Positions 1 to 10,292 of a stretch of DNA of 64,000 bases are shown here, in pieces. Each line of letters starts with the position of its first letter. The stretch's first letter is position 1. The stretch spans positions 4,506 through 68,505 of the forward strand of contig JAHRWA010000054.1 in assembly GCA_019090455.1 (NCBI GenBank), given 5' to 3'. The position numbers and the translations under genes were made by a program. The notes beneath the pieces were generated by a model. It did not search any database. It had not been told where the DNA came from and was given only the letters and a program-made list of their open reading frames with translations. This DNA is from Pseudomonadales bacterium (GTDB lineage Bacteria > Pseudomonadota > Gammaproteobacteria > Pseudomonadales > DC-out160).

Positions 1-1
1 G

Positions 2-415
2 AGACTCTTAGCGGCCTACGGTATTTCTCTCGAGGGAATGAATGCGGTAGTTGTTGGCCGAAGCCCCATTCTAGGAAAGCCGATGGCGATGATGATGTTA
101 AACGAGAATGCCACGGTCACCATCTGTCACTCTCGGACTAAAGGGCTAAGCGATATTATCAAACGAGCCGATATTGTAGTCGGGGCAGTGGGGCGTCGGG
201 AATTTATCAGAGCGGATTGGATTAAAGAGGGAGCCGTGGTAGTGGATGCCGGTTTTCATCCGGGTGGCGTGGGCGATATAGAACTGGCGCCACTAGTTGA
301 TCGTGTACGCGCTTACACACCAGTACCAGGTGGTGTCGGCCCAATGACTATCAATACTTTGATATATCAAACGGTAGAAGCGGGTGAAAAAAAGCAGAAG
401 CAGAAGCAGAAGTAA
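2..415 (+). CDS. folD: Methylenetetrahydrofolate dehydrogenase/cyclohydrolase FolD, C-terminal part (5' end lies upstream of the window)
   Basis: The frame stays open back to nt 2, so the ORF-track Met at 38 is internal. [31 protein letters not shown]...[10 protein letters not shown] is the FolD NADP-domain signature. The tail KKQKQKQK is encoded by (GCAGAA)3 at 394-411. Confidence 0.85.
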   Translation, partial: RLLAAYGISLEGMNAVVVGRSPILGKPMAMMMLNENATVTICHSRTKGLSDIIKRADIVVGAVGRREFIRADWIKEGAVVVDAGFHPGGVGDIELAPLVDRVRAYTPVPGGVGPMTINTLIYQTVEAGEKKQKQKQK

Positions 416-428
416 GGGTTCCATTCAC

Positions 429-2315
429 CTAACTCTTCATCAAGGTAAACCCGGCTAGCAGCTCATTTAATTTTTGAGCATGCGAATTTAAATTTTGGCT
501 TATTCCCAGAGTTCGGGTTGCCACTTCAGCGGTTTCTCCTGAGCGTGCGCTGATGGCAGCAATATTATTGTTGATGTTTTCCGTTATTTTAGATTGCTTT
601 TTTGTCGCTTCGGCAACAGTAGCGGACATATTTGTTATTTGTTGTACGGTAAAGATAATGGATTGTAGCTCTCGGCTGCAGTGATTGACGGCTTCGATAG
701 AATTTTCGCAATTTTCCTTGCTGCCTTCCATGTTGGCGATTGCGTTTTCCGTATCACCCATTAACACCGTTATTAATTCGTCTATTGTATCTGTGGATTG
801 TTGAGTTCTCGTTGCAAGCCCTCGTATCTCATCTGCAACAACCGCGAACCCTCGGCCTTGTTCTCCTGCGCGAGCGGCTTCGATAGCGGCATTCAGAGCT
901 AACATATTGGTTTGGTCTGCAATGTCTCTAATATTCTTCACTATCTGGATTATCTGAGTTGAATCTTCTGCGACACGATTGACATCCGTTGCAGTTCCGC
1001 TGATGGATAGGTTTAATTCCGATATGGTGTTGATCGATTGTGCAGCAGCGTCTTCACATTTTTTCGTTTGCTCTTGTGCTAGCTTAGAAAGCTCAGTTGT
1101 TAAAACGGTATTTCCCGCAATTTCTTGAACCTTCTCTGCGACCTCTGTAATCGCAGTCGCTGCACTGGTAATGTCATGCAGTTGGTTGTCGACCATTTTT
1201 TTTGTGAGTTCAGCATCTGATCCCGCGGAATTGGCGCTGGCTTTAATGGCTTGGCTGGTATCAGAGACCACTAACATTTTATATCGAATGCTGTTTGTTA
1301 GCATAAAAAAGAACTGGGATGGTAAATTGATTTCCCGTAGTTGACCCTTTTGCTCTGTTACGGTGAGATTGCCTTTAGCTGCGATTCCCATAGAATTTGT
1401 TAAGTTATCTATCGGCTTCATGACTAGGCGTTGTAATGTGATAACCGTAATGAGGGCAACAAAAAAAATGCAGGCGGTGTTGATCGCTATTCCTGTGAAC
1501 TGCAAGTTTTTCATTTCTGTTGACATGTCTTCAAAATCTTGTAGAACTTTTACAATGAGAATGGGGTTTCCCGATGGATCATCCACAGTCGATGTGACGG
1601 ATCGCAGATATCCATTTGTGCTACGCTCGTCTGCTATCGTCCAAGTTTCGCTGGAATAATATTCTTTATGGTCGGTATAAATGAGTTTTAGTGGTAGACC
1701 TAGCGTCTTCTCAATATCCTTTAAATTATGAGCTGGATTCGTCACTATTTCGATGTACCCTTTTAAGCTTAATCCACCGTAGGGGAGTAGCATTGAATAG
1801 AGAGGCTGATTCTTATATTGCCAATACGCGGTGGTAAGTTTATAGCGATCGGCACCCTTTCGTTTTTCAGCATAGGATTTAAGAGTTTCGGTTAGATCTT
1901 GGGTGTTTAATTCTGGGCCTAGATTTGATGTTGCGATTAGCTGGAAACTTTTATCGTAAAAACGAATTTGGATTAAGTCTAAGAGACCAGAGGTATAGTA
2001 CATTCCAATAAAATAGGAATTGAGAGCTTCGGATATTAGCTCAATATTTCCCGTTGTTTTGGCTTTTCGATACTGTTTCAAGGATTTCTTTAGTTTCTTG
2101 CTCGATTGGATTTGGATACCAAGCTCTTTCGTCGTGCTTTTAAGTTTTCTGGATGCTTGCTGTAAGGAAATATCCATGACTTTCTTGATGGATGCTACAT
2201 GCGATCTTTTAGCACTTTCCTGATACTGGAGTGAGTTGATGAGTGCGACTGAAGTGGAGGCCACAAAAACAATGCTGAGCAAGGCTAGAATTAGCTGATT
2301 TAAGGAAAACTGCAC
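429..2315 (-). CDS. Methyl-accepting chemotaxis protein with a large periplasmic sensor domain
   Basis: 628 aa. N-terminal TM helix, ~250-aa periplasmic region, second TM helix, then the highly conserved MCP signalling hairpin [39 protein letters not shown]. Confidence 0.88.
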   Translation of the reverse strand: MQFSLNQLILALLSIVFVASTSVALINSLQYQESAKRSHVASIKKVMDISLQQASRKLKSTTKELGIQIQSSKKLKKSLKQYRKAKTTGNIELISEALNSYFIGMYYTSGLLDLIQIRFYDKSFQLIATSNLGPELNTQDLTETLKSYAEKRKGADRYKLTTAYWQYKNQPLYSMLLPYGGLSLKGYIEIVTNPAHNLKDIEKTLGLPLKLIYTDHKEYYSSETWTIADERSTNGYLRSVTSTVDDPSGNPILIVKVLQDFEDMSTEMKNLQFTGIAINTACIFFVALITVITLQRLVMKPIDNLTNSMGIAAKGNLTVTEQKGQLREINLPSQFFFMLTNSIRYKMLVVSDTSQAIKASANSAGSDAELTKKMVDNQLHDITSAATAITEVAEKVQEIAGNTVLTTELSKLAQEQTKKCEDAAAQSINTISELNLSISGTATDVNRVAEDSTQIIQIVKNIRDIADQTNMLALNAAIEAARAGEQGRGFAVVADEIRGLATRTQQSTDTIDELITVLMGDTENAIANMEGSKENCENSIEAVNHCSRELQSIIFTVQQITNMSATVAEATKKQSKITENINNNIAAISARSGETAEVATRTLGISQNLNSHAQKLNELLAGFTLMKS

Positions 2316-2625
2316 TGATCAACTCCCTGTCGGTGTAAAAACGACCATTTATTCCCTAGTTCTGGTCAATTGTTAGCTGCATTATTAATTTATTGCTCCG
2401 TATTAAATTAATAATAGACGGTGATTGAGAAGTTGGAACACTGCTAAGTGATTGCTTCTAACTCAAATATATTGATTGATTTGGCTGCTTTCGTTGTCTG
2501 CTATATCCCTTTTAATTGAGTTGACTTAAACAGTGGCTTGTAGGTATCTTCCCCGCCTAAATTAACTAATCTTGGCTGACCCTAAAGGATTAGATACAGC
2601 AATCAAAGTAGTGGTGGTGCTATCA

Positions 2626-3786
2626 ATGAAAGAAAAACCAATCAGTAAACTCGGGCTCTTGTTAGGAATATTCATGTTTCTCTCGGTTATCGGGGTCGTT
2701 GTCTTTTTCGGAAATAGCTCGTCTCAAACGCAAGTGAGCAAGGCAGATCTATCTCATGTCCCTTTAAGTGTCTCTGTGTTACGTCTTGAAAGTCGGACGG
2801 TAAATGTTTATGAAGACATGCCTGGGAGAACCGCTGCATACCAGGTTGCTGAAATTCGGCCGCAAGTGACGGGTATATTGAAAGAGCGTCTATTTATAGA
2901 AGGCAGTTTTGTAGAAGAGGGCGCCGCTCTGTATCAAATAGATCCTGCACCCTATCAAGCGTCTTACAATAGTGCATTAGCAGCATTAGAAAAAACTAAA
3001 GCGAATTTAAAATCTCTTAGTGTAACCAGTCAACGATTTCAAGAATTAGTAAAATCCAAAGCCGTAAGCGAGCAAGAATATGATGATAATATTTCGCGTG
3101 TCGCTTTAGCGAAAGCGGATGTTGGTGTCGCCGAGGCTGTGGTAGCGCAAGCAAAAATCAATTTGGATTTCACTAATGTCTACGCTCCGATATCAGGAAT
3201 TATTGGGAAATCGAGGGTGACAAAAGGTGCTTTGATTACGGCTAATCAAGAGGCTCTATTAGCGATTATTACACAGCTAGATCCTATGTACGTTGATATG
3301 ACTTTAGCCAGCTCGACGTTGAGTTATTTGCGTCAAAACTTTGGGGATCTACAAAAAATACCCGTACACCTTTTTAGCGATACGGCTGAGAAAGAACCCA
3401 TTCATTCGGGTATCTTGAAATTTTACGAAGTCACTGTTGATCCTGCCACTAGCACAGTACAGCTTCGGGGAGAGTTTCCTAATGAAAGTGCGACATTGCT
3501 ACCTGGGTTATACGTGCGAGCAGCATTGGAACTTGAGTTGCAAGATGCCTTGCTTATCCCACAAAAGGCATGCCAACGTCTGCCTAATGGTAGCTTAACG
3601 GCTTGGGTGTTGGGTAAGGATGATACTGTCAATTCTGTTCCGTTTGTTTCTACCCGTGCCTACGGAGATCAGTGGTTGGTCGAATCTGGATTAAAACCGG
3701 GAGATGTGATCGTCACCGATAGTATGATTCGCATGAAGCCTGATTTGGTTATCATCCCTGAATACCAAAACAATACGGGGGATTAA
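2626..3786 (+). CDS. RND efflux periplasmic adaptor (membrane fusion protein, AcrA/MexA family)
   Basis: Motifs RPQVTGIL, LYQIDPAPYQA, coiled-coil hairpin and YAPISGIIGKS are typical HlyD/AcrA family. Probable start is ATG 2626 (MKEKPISKL, TM anchor); the ORF-track start 2572 is TTG. The stop lies 2 nt before the pump gene. Confidence 0.85.
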   Translation: MKEKPISKLGLLLGIFMFLSVIGVVVFFGNSSSQTQVSKADLSHVPLSVSVLRLESRTVNVYEDMPGRTAAYQVAEIRPQVTGILKERLFIEGSFVEEGAALYQIDPAPYQASYNSALAALEKTKANLKSLSVTSQRFQELVKSKAVSEQEYDDNISRVALAKADVGVAEAVVAQAKINLDFTNVYAPISGIIGKSRVTKGALITANQEALLAIITQLDPMYVDMTLASSTLSYLRQNFGDLQKIPVHLFSDTAEKEPIHSGILKFYEVTVDPATSTVQLRGEFPNESATLLPGLYVRAALELELQDALLIPQKACQRLPNGSLTAWVLGKDDTVNSVPFVSTRAYGDQWLVESGLKPGDVIVTDSMIRMKPDLVIIPEYQNNTGD

Positions 3787-3788
3787 TC

Positions 3789-6700
3789 ATGGCTCATTTT
3801 TTTATTGATCGCCCTGTTTTTGCGTGGGTAATTGCGATTGTAATTATGTTAGCGGGAGTGCTGTCGCTGGTAAATTTACCGGTAGAACAGTATCCCAATA
3901 TTGCACCTCCTTCGGTATCTATTAATACACAGTATCCAGGAGCATCGGCTAAAACAATTGAAAACAGTGTGACTCAAGTGATAGAGCAAAGTTTAACGGG
4001 CATTGATCATATGCGTTACTTTGTGTCGGATAGTAATTCTGCGGGGCTGTCGACGATTGTCGTCACTTTTGATCCCGATGCGGATATCGATATCGCGCAA
4101 GTTCAGGTGCAGAATCAGTTGCAGTCTGTGATGCAGCTTCTGCCACAGGAGGTTCAGCAGCAGGGTGTCACGGTGACGAAATCCAATAATAGTTTTTTGT
4201 TGGTTGCGGGTTTTTATTCTGAAAATGAAAGTATTACTCAGGTGGATTTGGGTGACTTGTTGACCTCTCATTTGAGTGATGCTGTTGCTAGGATTAATGG
4301 GGTAGGGAATGTGACTGTTTTTGGAGAGCCTCATGCGATGCGCATTTGGCTGAATCCGAATAAGTTACAGAGCTACAACCTTACCGTGATGGATGTGCAG
4401 CGTGCGGTACAGGCTCAGAATACGGATGTCTCCGCGGGTCAACTGGGTGGATTGCCATCGGTAAGGGGGCAGCAAGTTAATGCTTCGATTACGGCGCAGT
4501 CAAGACTCCAGACTGTGGGGGATTTTGAGAGAATTATCTTAAGGGTTAGATCGGACGGTTCCCAATTGCGATTACGTGATGTGGCGCGACTTGAGTTAGG
4601 GGCTCGTACCTATACAGGGACAGCCCGATATAAAGGTAAGCCAGCCGCTGGGCTTGCGGTGACATTGGCGTCGGGCGCAAATGCGCTAAATACGGCAGCA
4701 GCCGTTAAGAGTCGCATTGCTGATCTTGCTAAGGATTTACCTCCTGATGTTAAGGTTGTTTATCCATACGATACGACGCCTTTTGTTAAGTTATCTATAA
4801 AAGAAGTGGCTATCACGCTTGCTGAAGCAATTGGTCTCGTTTTTGTGGTGATGTTTCTTTTCTTACAAAATTTTAGGGCGACGTTAATACCGACTATTGC
4901 GGTGCCGGTGGTTTTATTGGGTACCTTTGCAATGTTGTCTATTTTTGGTTTTTCGATCAATGTGCTGACGATGTTTGCCATGGTGCTGGCGATTGGTTTG
5001 CTGGTGGATGATGCCATTGTCGTGGTTGAAAACGTAGAGAGGATTATGGCGGAAGAGGGATTGTCGCCAAGAGAAGCCACTCGGAAATCAATGACGCAAA
5101 TAACAGGAGCGCTTATCGGTATCGCGCTTGTTCTGTCAGCGGTGTTTGTGCCTATGGCATTTTTCCCAGGTTCTTCCGGTGCCATTTATCGCCAGTTTTC
5201 GCTAACCATCGTATCAGCAATGGGGTTGTCTGTTTTGGTGGCAATAGTCTTGTCACCGTCGTTGTGTGCGACGTTATTGAAACCGGTCAAAAAGGGGCAT
5301 CAGGAGGTATCGACTGGTTTTTTTGGATGGTTCAATCGAAACTTTAATAAAAGTCGTGATACGTTTGTTTCCGGTTCTCAATTCATGAGTCGGCGTTCTG
5401 TGCGTTTTATGGGGATATACGTTGCTCTGATTGTCTGCCTTGGTTGGTTGTTCTTAAAGTTGCCGGGTTCCTTTTTACCGAATGAAGATCAGGGGATTAT
5501 GTTTTTGATGGTAAACACCCCTCCTGGTTCGACGTTGGAGCGAACCCTTGATAGCGTTAAGGAAATTGAATCGCAACTGTTGGAACAGGAAGGTGACGCG
5601 ATTGATCATCTCTTTATGGTTGCGGGATTTAGCTTTGCAGGTCGCGCGCAAAATGTAGGTCTTGGCTTTATTGGGCTGGAGGATTGGGAGAAAAGGACTG
5701 ATCCGAGCCAATCGGTGTTTGCATTAGCGGGGAGAATGATGGGTATATTTCAGTCATTGACGGATGCGCGGGCTTTTGCATTTTATCCGCCTCCCATTCG
5801 TGAGCTAGGTAATGCATCGGGCTTTGATATGCAATTAGTGGATAGAAATGGGCTTGGCCATGACGCATTAATGCAAGCGCGCAATCAATTTTTGGGCGAG
5901 GCGTTTCAGAATCCGAAACTTCAGCGGGTTCGTCCAAATGGTCTGAATGATGTACAACAGTTTGTGATTAATATTGATCATGAGAAGGCGAGCGCACTGG
6001 GAGTGTCTATTGCTGACATCAATCAAACGTTGCAGACGGCTTGGGGTGCGACTTATGTGAATGATTTTCTGGATAAGGGGCGCATTAAGAAAGTGTTTCT
6101 CCAGGCGGATGCACCTTATCGTATGATGCCCGATGATATTAGCGATTGGACTGTACGTAATGATAACGGTGATATGGTGAGCTTTGAGAGTTTTTCATCA
6201 ACTAGCTGGGTATCTGGATCTCCTAAACTAGAACGATTTAATGGGAACAGTTCGGTTAATTTGCAGGGTTCTACGGCGCCAGGCATTAGTACAGGTGAAG
6301 CGATGGAAGAAGTAGAGAAAATTGTAGGGTTATTACCTGGCGGCTTCACAGTTGAATGGGTAGGGCTTTCCTATGAAGAGCGTCAGAGTGGTGCTCAGAC
6401 TCCGCTGCTTTATACCTTATCCGCGTTGATGGTGTTCCTTTGTTTGGCAGCATTATATGAAAGCTGGTCCGTGCCGTTCTCTGTCATGTTAGTGGTGCCT
6501 ATTGGGTTGTTGGGTTCGGCACTTGCAGCGACATTTTCTGGGCTCAATAATGATGTGTATTTTCAAGTCGGATTGTTAACGACAATGGGGCTGGCTGCGA
6601 AGAACGCGATATTGATCGTGGAGTTCGCAAACAATCTTTATAAGCAGGGTTACAGTCTGTCAGATGCAACCTCGGTCGCGGCCAAACAACGATTTCGTCC

Positions 6701-6905
6701 AATCATTATGACTTCTATTGCATTTATATTGGGAGTCACCCCTTTGGCGTTAGCAAATGGAGCGGGTTCAGCAAGTCAAAATGCGATTGGTATTAGTGTG
6801 ATGGGAGGCATGTTGTCAGCGACTTTTCTTGGGATCTTTTTCGTACCACTTTTTTATGAGTTCTTTCAGCGAATTGGTGCTCGTTGGCGAGTAGAAGAAA
6901 AATAG
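3789..6905 (+). CDS. RND multidrug/solvent efflux permease (AcrB/MexB family)
   Basis: 1038 aa. MAHFFIDRPVFAWVIAIVIMLAG N-terminus, 12-TM architecture with two large periplasmic loops, and AIGLLVDDAIVVVEN proton-relay motif. Confidence 0.92.
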   Translation: MAHFFIDRPVFAWVIAIVIMLAGVLSLVNLPVEQYPNIAPPSVSINTQYPGASAKTIENSVTQVIEQSLTGIDHMRYFVSDSNSAGLSTIVVTFDPDADIDIAQVQVQNQLQSVMQLLPQEVQQQGVTVTKSNNSFLLVAGFYSENESITQVDLGDLLTSHLSDAVARINGVGNVTVFGEPHAMRIWLNPNKLQSYNLTVMDVQRAVQAQNTDVSAGQLGGLPSVRGQQVNASITAQSRLQTVGDFERIILRVRSDGSQLRLRDVARLELGARTYTGTARYKGKPAAGLAVTLASGANALNTAAAVKSRIADLAKDLPPDVKVVYPYDTTPFVKLSIKEVAITLAEAIGLVFVVMFLFLQNFRATLIPTIAVPVVLLGTFAMLSIFGFSINVLTMFAMVLAIGLLVDDAIVVVENVERIMAEEGLSPREATRKSMTQITGALIGIALVLSAVFVPMAFFPGSSGAIYRQFSLTIVSAMGLSVLVAIVLSPSLCATLLKPVKKGHQEVSTGFFGWFNRNFNKSRDTFVSGSQFMSRRSVRFMGIYVALIVCLGWLFLKLPGSFLPNEDQGIMFLMVNTPPGSTLERTLDSVKEIESQLLEQEGDAIDHLFMVAGFSFAGRAQNVGLGFIGLEDWEKRTDPSQSVFALAGRMMGIFQSLTDARAFAFYPPPIRELGNASGFDMQLVDRNGLGHDALMQARNQFLGEAFQNPKLQRVRPNGLNDVQQFVINIDHEKASALGVSIADINQTLQTAWGATYVNDFLDKGRIKKVFLQADAPYRMMPDDISDWTVRNDNGDMVSFESFSSTSWVSGSPKLERFNGNSSVNLQGSTAPGISTGEAMEEVEKIVGLLPGGFTVEWVGLSYEERQSGAQTPLLYTLSALMVFLCLAALYESWSVPFSVMLVVPIGLLGSALAATFSGLNNDVYFQVGLLTTMGLAAKNAILIVEFANNLYKQGYSLSDATSVAAKQRFRPIIMTSIAFILGVTPLALANGAGSASQNAIGISVMGGMLSATFLGIFFVPLFYEFFQRIGARWRVEEK

Positions 6906-7154
6906 TTAGGTGAAGAAGGAATTGGTGAGCGAGAGATGTATGTGGTGTTAATAATGCTATTAAGGCTAAATCGGCTATAAGTATTTACAGTATTTGACGA
7001 TGACAGCAGGTGCTAAGATAAATGTTGCATTGATACTTCGCTTCTAATGTTGATGTGGCTAATGATCTCGTTCCAACGGTTCATAATTATATTTGTAGAG
7101 TGGAATCAGGCATTTCCTTAAATGCTTCACTTGAAAGGTAAATGTTAGGTCAAA

Positions 7155-8216
7155 ATGATCGATATTATTCTGAAAGATGAGTTACGGATACCGATGATTA
7201 TTTTACCGGCGCTAAGTCGGTATTATCGAGAGCTTGCTATCGATCCGGGTGAAGGCCTGGCTGTGATTGGAGATGCCTTTGATATCTCTGATATAGAAAA
7301 TCAGTATATTAACGTAGAACAGTTTCAGGCGTTGTTGAGAATTTTTAGAATTCACACTAAAGATGATGCTGTTGGTTTGAGTTTCGGCAAATCGTTCTCT
7401 TTTGAATTTCTCTATGACTTCGAGCTGTTGTTACAAACTGCTAGGGGCCTTGATGAGGTATTGCCATTTGCTGTTAGCCTAATAAATTCAATTAACCCGA
7501 CTTCTGTATTTTCTTGTATTAGAACTGAGTTTGGAGCTGTGGCATATCTTAGAGATAAGATTTCAGATTTGTTGGAGGATAGCGAATCTGCGATGGTCAC
7601 TGATGCCATTTTTTCGCTCTTTCAAGAGATTTGCCAGCGTGTAATAAATTCGGAATATCAAGTGAGAAGCTTAAGTGTTATGCATCGAATTTCGATTGGG
7701 AACATGAAACGGTATAAGGAATGTTTTGACGTTAACGTGAGTCCTGGAAGCCCGGTTAATGCATTGCGGTTCGAATATGTAAAAGGGCAGCACAATGCAG
7801 TTGATCGGTCAGATGAGTTACATGAGCAAGTCATTGAAGCAGTTATGCTGAAGTTAAAAAACTTACAAAATGCGAATGATTTCTCGGCGCAAGTGCTAGC
7901 GTTTATTGAAGGACATGAACAGCCGCTCGAACTTGAAATAAATGAGCTCGCATCCCGGTTAGAAGTGTCTAGACGGACTTTTCAGCGCCGATTGAAAGAT
8001 CTAGGCATAAGTTATCGCTCGCTGATAGATACGGTTATGTTCAGTAGAGCTGAGCAGTTACTTTTGGATGATGAGCTTTCCATCGATAGCGTCGCGACTT
8101 TACTCGGCTATAGTAGCCGCAGGGGTTTGAATAGATTGATTCACCGGCGTTCAGGCGCTTCTCCTAATCATTATCGCCAGACTCTTTTGCGTAAAAAAAA
8201 TGATGAAATATTGTAA
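7155..8216 (+). CDS. AraC/XylS-family transcriptional regulator with an N-terminal ligand-binding-type domain
   Basis: 353 aa. C-terminal double HTH (LASRLEVSRRTFQRRLKDLGISYRSL ... VATLLGYSSRRGLNRLIHRRSGASPNHYR). Sits directly upstream of, and co-directional with, the CuMMO operon. Confidence 0.8.
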   Translation: MIDIILKDELRIPMIILPALSRYYRELAIDPGEGLAVIGDAFDISDIENQYINVEQFQALLRIFRIHTKDDAVGLSFGKSFSFEFLYDFELLLQTARGLDEVLPFAVSLINSINPTSVFSCIRTEFGAVAYLRDKISDLLEDSESAMVTDAIFSLFQEICQRVINSEYQVRSLSVMHRISIGNMKRYKECFDVNVSPGSPVNALRFEYVKGQHNAVDRSDELHEQVIEAVMLKLKNLQNANDFSAQVLAFIEGHEQPLELEINELASRLEVSRRTFQRRLKDLGISYRSLIDTVMFSRAEQLLLDDELSIDSVATLLGYSSRRGLNRLIHRRSGASPNHYRQTLLRKKNDEIL

Positions 8217-8511
8217 TCTGTTAACTGTCGATAGCGACCTCTAAGAAAAACTGTGTCGCCAATATAACAATATTTGTTAATGCCCTCAGTGTTGTTAATC
8301 ATATATGGTTATAAAGTTTTTGTTACTTATGACGAGTTGCTTAATCTTAATTTCAACAGAATTAGCTATTTATACATGCTATGAGACGAAATGCGCCAAA
8401 TCACATATTAAGGGGATGTTTTGCGCCATTAAGAAATTAGAGCTAGTACCAAGGTGTAAAAGTTTTTGTTAGTGTTTATGTCAGGGTTCATAAGCTTTAT
8501 ATGTAGAAGAT

Positions 8512-9360
8512 ATGGACAACGAACTTATAATAAAGCTATTCGAGGTGATCTCAATGACGGAAATGAGCATGGAAAAAGCGGTAGTTGCTCCTTGGAAACT
8601 ATTCGCAACGGTACTGGGCGTGGTTGGTTGCATATTTTTATTATATCGATGGTACCAGCACGAGATGGCATTTAGTGTTGGGCTTGATTATTTTGAGCCT
8701 GAATTCCAAACATACTGGATGAATCTGATGTACACGCAATTGACCATACTGACGATTGGTGGTGCAGCATTTATGGGGTGGCTTTGGTTCACTCGCGAGA
8801 AAGAAGCTGTGCTGGAAATATCCAGGGAAGAAGAGGTATCTCGTTATCTTAAGTTCTTGGGATTGCTGTCAGTGTTTTCCTTATTAGTATGGCTCTCTAC
8901 TAGCTTGTATGCCGAAGCGGATGCGGCTTGGCATCAGGTGACTGTAAGAGATACCGATTTTACACCAACTCATATCCCTCTATTCTATTTTGCTTTGCCT
9001 TGCATGATTATAGCTGGTTGTAGTTTGTTTGTTTGGGGGCACACTCGTTTACCTGATTTGTATGGACGAATATCGCTACCATTTGCGATGACAGTTGGAG
9101 GCCCTATATTGATTATGCCTAATGTTGGTTTCAATGAGTGGGGTCACACTTTTTTCTATGCCGAAGAATTATTCGCAGCTCCGATTCACTGGGGGTTTGT
9201 ATTGTTAGGTTGGTCAATATTCTTTGTTGGCGGCTTTCTGATGCAGATCATTAAACGAATCCATGATTTAGTAGATGGTAATACAGAGTTGCAGCATATG
9301 AATAATGTTGAACCTTTAAATGCACCTAGTTATGGATACGATGTTAAAAAAGCATCGTAA
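8512..9360 (+). CDS. pmoC: Copper membrane monooxygenase subunit C (PmoC/AmoC family)
   Basis: Polytopic membrane ORF. EPEFQTYWMNLMY, DAAWHQVTVRDTDFTPTH (D-x3-H-x12-H) and NEWGHTFFYAEELFAAPIHWGF (N-x3-H-x13-H) are PmoC/AmoC hallmark motifs. Start is ambiguous: ATG 8512, or ATG 8554 preceded by GAGGTG. Confidence 0.9.
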   Translation: MDNELIIKLFEVISMTEMSMEKAVVAPWKLFATVLGVVGCIFLLYRWYQHEMAFSVGLDYFEPEFQTYWMNLMYTQLTILTIGGAAFMGWLWFTREKEAVLEISREEEVSRYLKFLGLLSVFSLLVWLSTSLYAEADAAWHQVTVRDTDFTPTHIPLFYFALPCMIIAGCSLFVWGHTRLPDLYGRISLPFAMTVGGPILIMPNVGFNEWGHTFFYAEELFAAPIHWGFVLLGWSIFFVGGFLMQIIKRIHDLVDGNTELQHMNNVEPLNAPSYGYDVKKAS

Positions 9361-9396
9361 GTAATTAGCAGCAGAAATAAGTTTGATTTTGATTTG

Positions 9397-9441
9397 CGGG
9401 GCTAGGGCCAACTTATAGAACTAAGGGTGGCTCTAGCCCCG
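9397..9441 (+). other. Intercistronic stem-loop between the subunit C and subunit A genes
   Basis: CGGGGCTAGGGCCA (9397-9410) pairs with TGGCTCTAGCCCCG (9428-9441): 14 bp including one G-U, with a 17-nt loop. It is followed only by TTT, so it is not a canonical intrinsic terminator. Confidence 0.45.
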
Positions 9442-9510
9442 TTTGATGTCTATCGATACAAAAAAGACAGATAATAAAAAATTAGCATTAATATTATTAG
9501 GGGAAGTTTT

Positions 9511-10242
9511 ATGGAAAGAATTAGTACAGTGAATGAGAGAAAACTTTTTTTGACTCTCGACATATTGTTAATACCCGTACTGGTTATTCTTTTTATGGGT
9601 GTTTTTAGTTTTCACTTTGCCCTGACCGTAGGAGATTGGGATTATTGGATTGATTGGAGGGATAGACGTTGGTGGCCACTAGTGACCCCTTTATCGTTAA
9701 TCGTACTACCAGGAGTATTTGGCTATCTACTTTGGGATAAACTTCGATGGCCTTTAGGCGGGACGATTACCATATTGGGATTAAGTTCGGCAGCCTGGGT
9801 AAGTCGAGTCTGGAATTTTGAGATATTTGCAGGATTTCCTTTGAATATGGTGACTCCATCTACCTACGTCGGTCTTGGCCTAATGTTAGATGCAACACTT
9901 GTTATAACCAAAAGCTTCATGGTGACGGGGTTGTTTGGTGGGTTTCTATTTGGCTTTTTAATATATCCTTTGAACTGGCCCATTATAGCGCCCTACCATT
10001 TACCTATTGAGATGGATGGTACCTTGATGACTGTCGCAGATGTCATGGGGTACGAGTACATTAGAACGGCTATACCTGAATATGTTCGCATAATTGAATC
10101 CTCCACGTTACGTACTTTTGGTGAGGCTGTTGTTCCTTTGACTGCGGTATTTGCCGGTTTTCTTACGGTATTGACGTATTATCTGTGGGTTTGGGTAGGT
10201 TATTTGACCTCAAAACCGACTTGGATTAAGAAAATAGTATAA
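9511..10242 (+). CDS. pmoA: Copper membrane monooxygenase subunit A (PmoA/AmoA family)
   Basis: 243 aa. GDWDYWIDWRDRRWWPLVTP and NWPIIAPYHLPIEMDGTLMTVADVMGYEYIRTAIPEYVRIIESSTLRTFG align over the full length with remembered PmoA/AmoA sequences. A GGGGAAG RBS lies upstream. Confidence 0.93.
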   Translation: MERISTVNERKLFLTLDILLIPVLVILFMGVFSFHFALTVGDWDYWIDWRDRRWWPLVTPLSLIVLPGVFGYLLWDKLRWPLGGTITILGLSSAAWVSRVWNFEIFAGFPLNMVTPSTYVGLGLMLDATLVITKSFMVTGLFGGFLFGFLIYPLNWPIIAPYHLPIEMDGTLMTVADVMGYEYIRTAIPEYVRIIESSTLRTFGEAVVPLTAVFAGFLTVLTYYLWVWVGYLTSKPTWIKKIV

Positions 10243-10292
10243 AGAAGTTCTAGTAGATTTAGTTCAGCATAACAATAAGATTTATAAATGAT

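Noticed and set aside
38-415. Met at nt 38 as the true start of the first gene
   Set aside because: The reading frame is open to the window edge, and the upstream residues ([12 protein letters not shown]) continue the FolD alignment. The gene is truncated by the window.
8217-8511. Sigma-54 (TGGCAC-N5-TTGC) or clear sigma-70 promoter upstream of the CuMMO operon
   Set aside because: I found no match with correct GG/GC spacing. Several weak -35/-10-like hexamers occur, as expected in AT-rich DNA, so no promoter is called.
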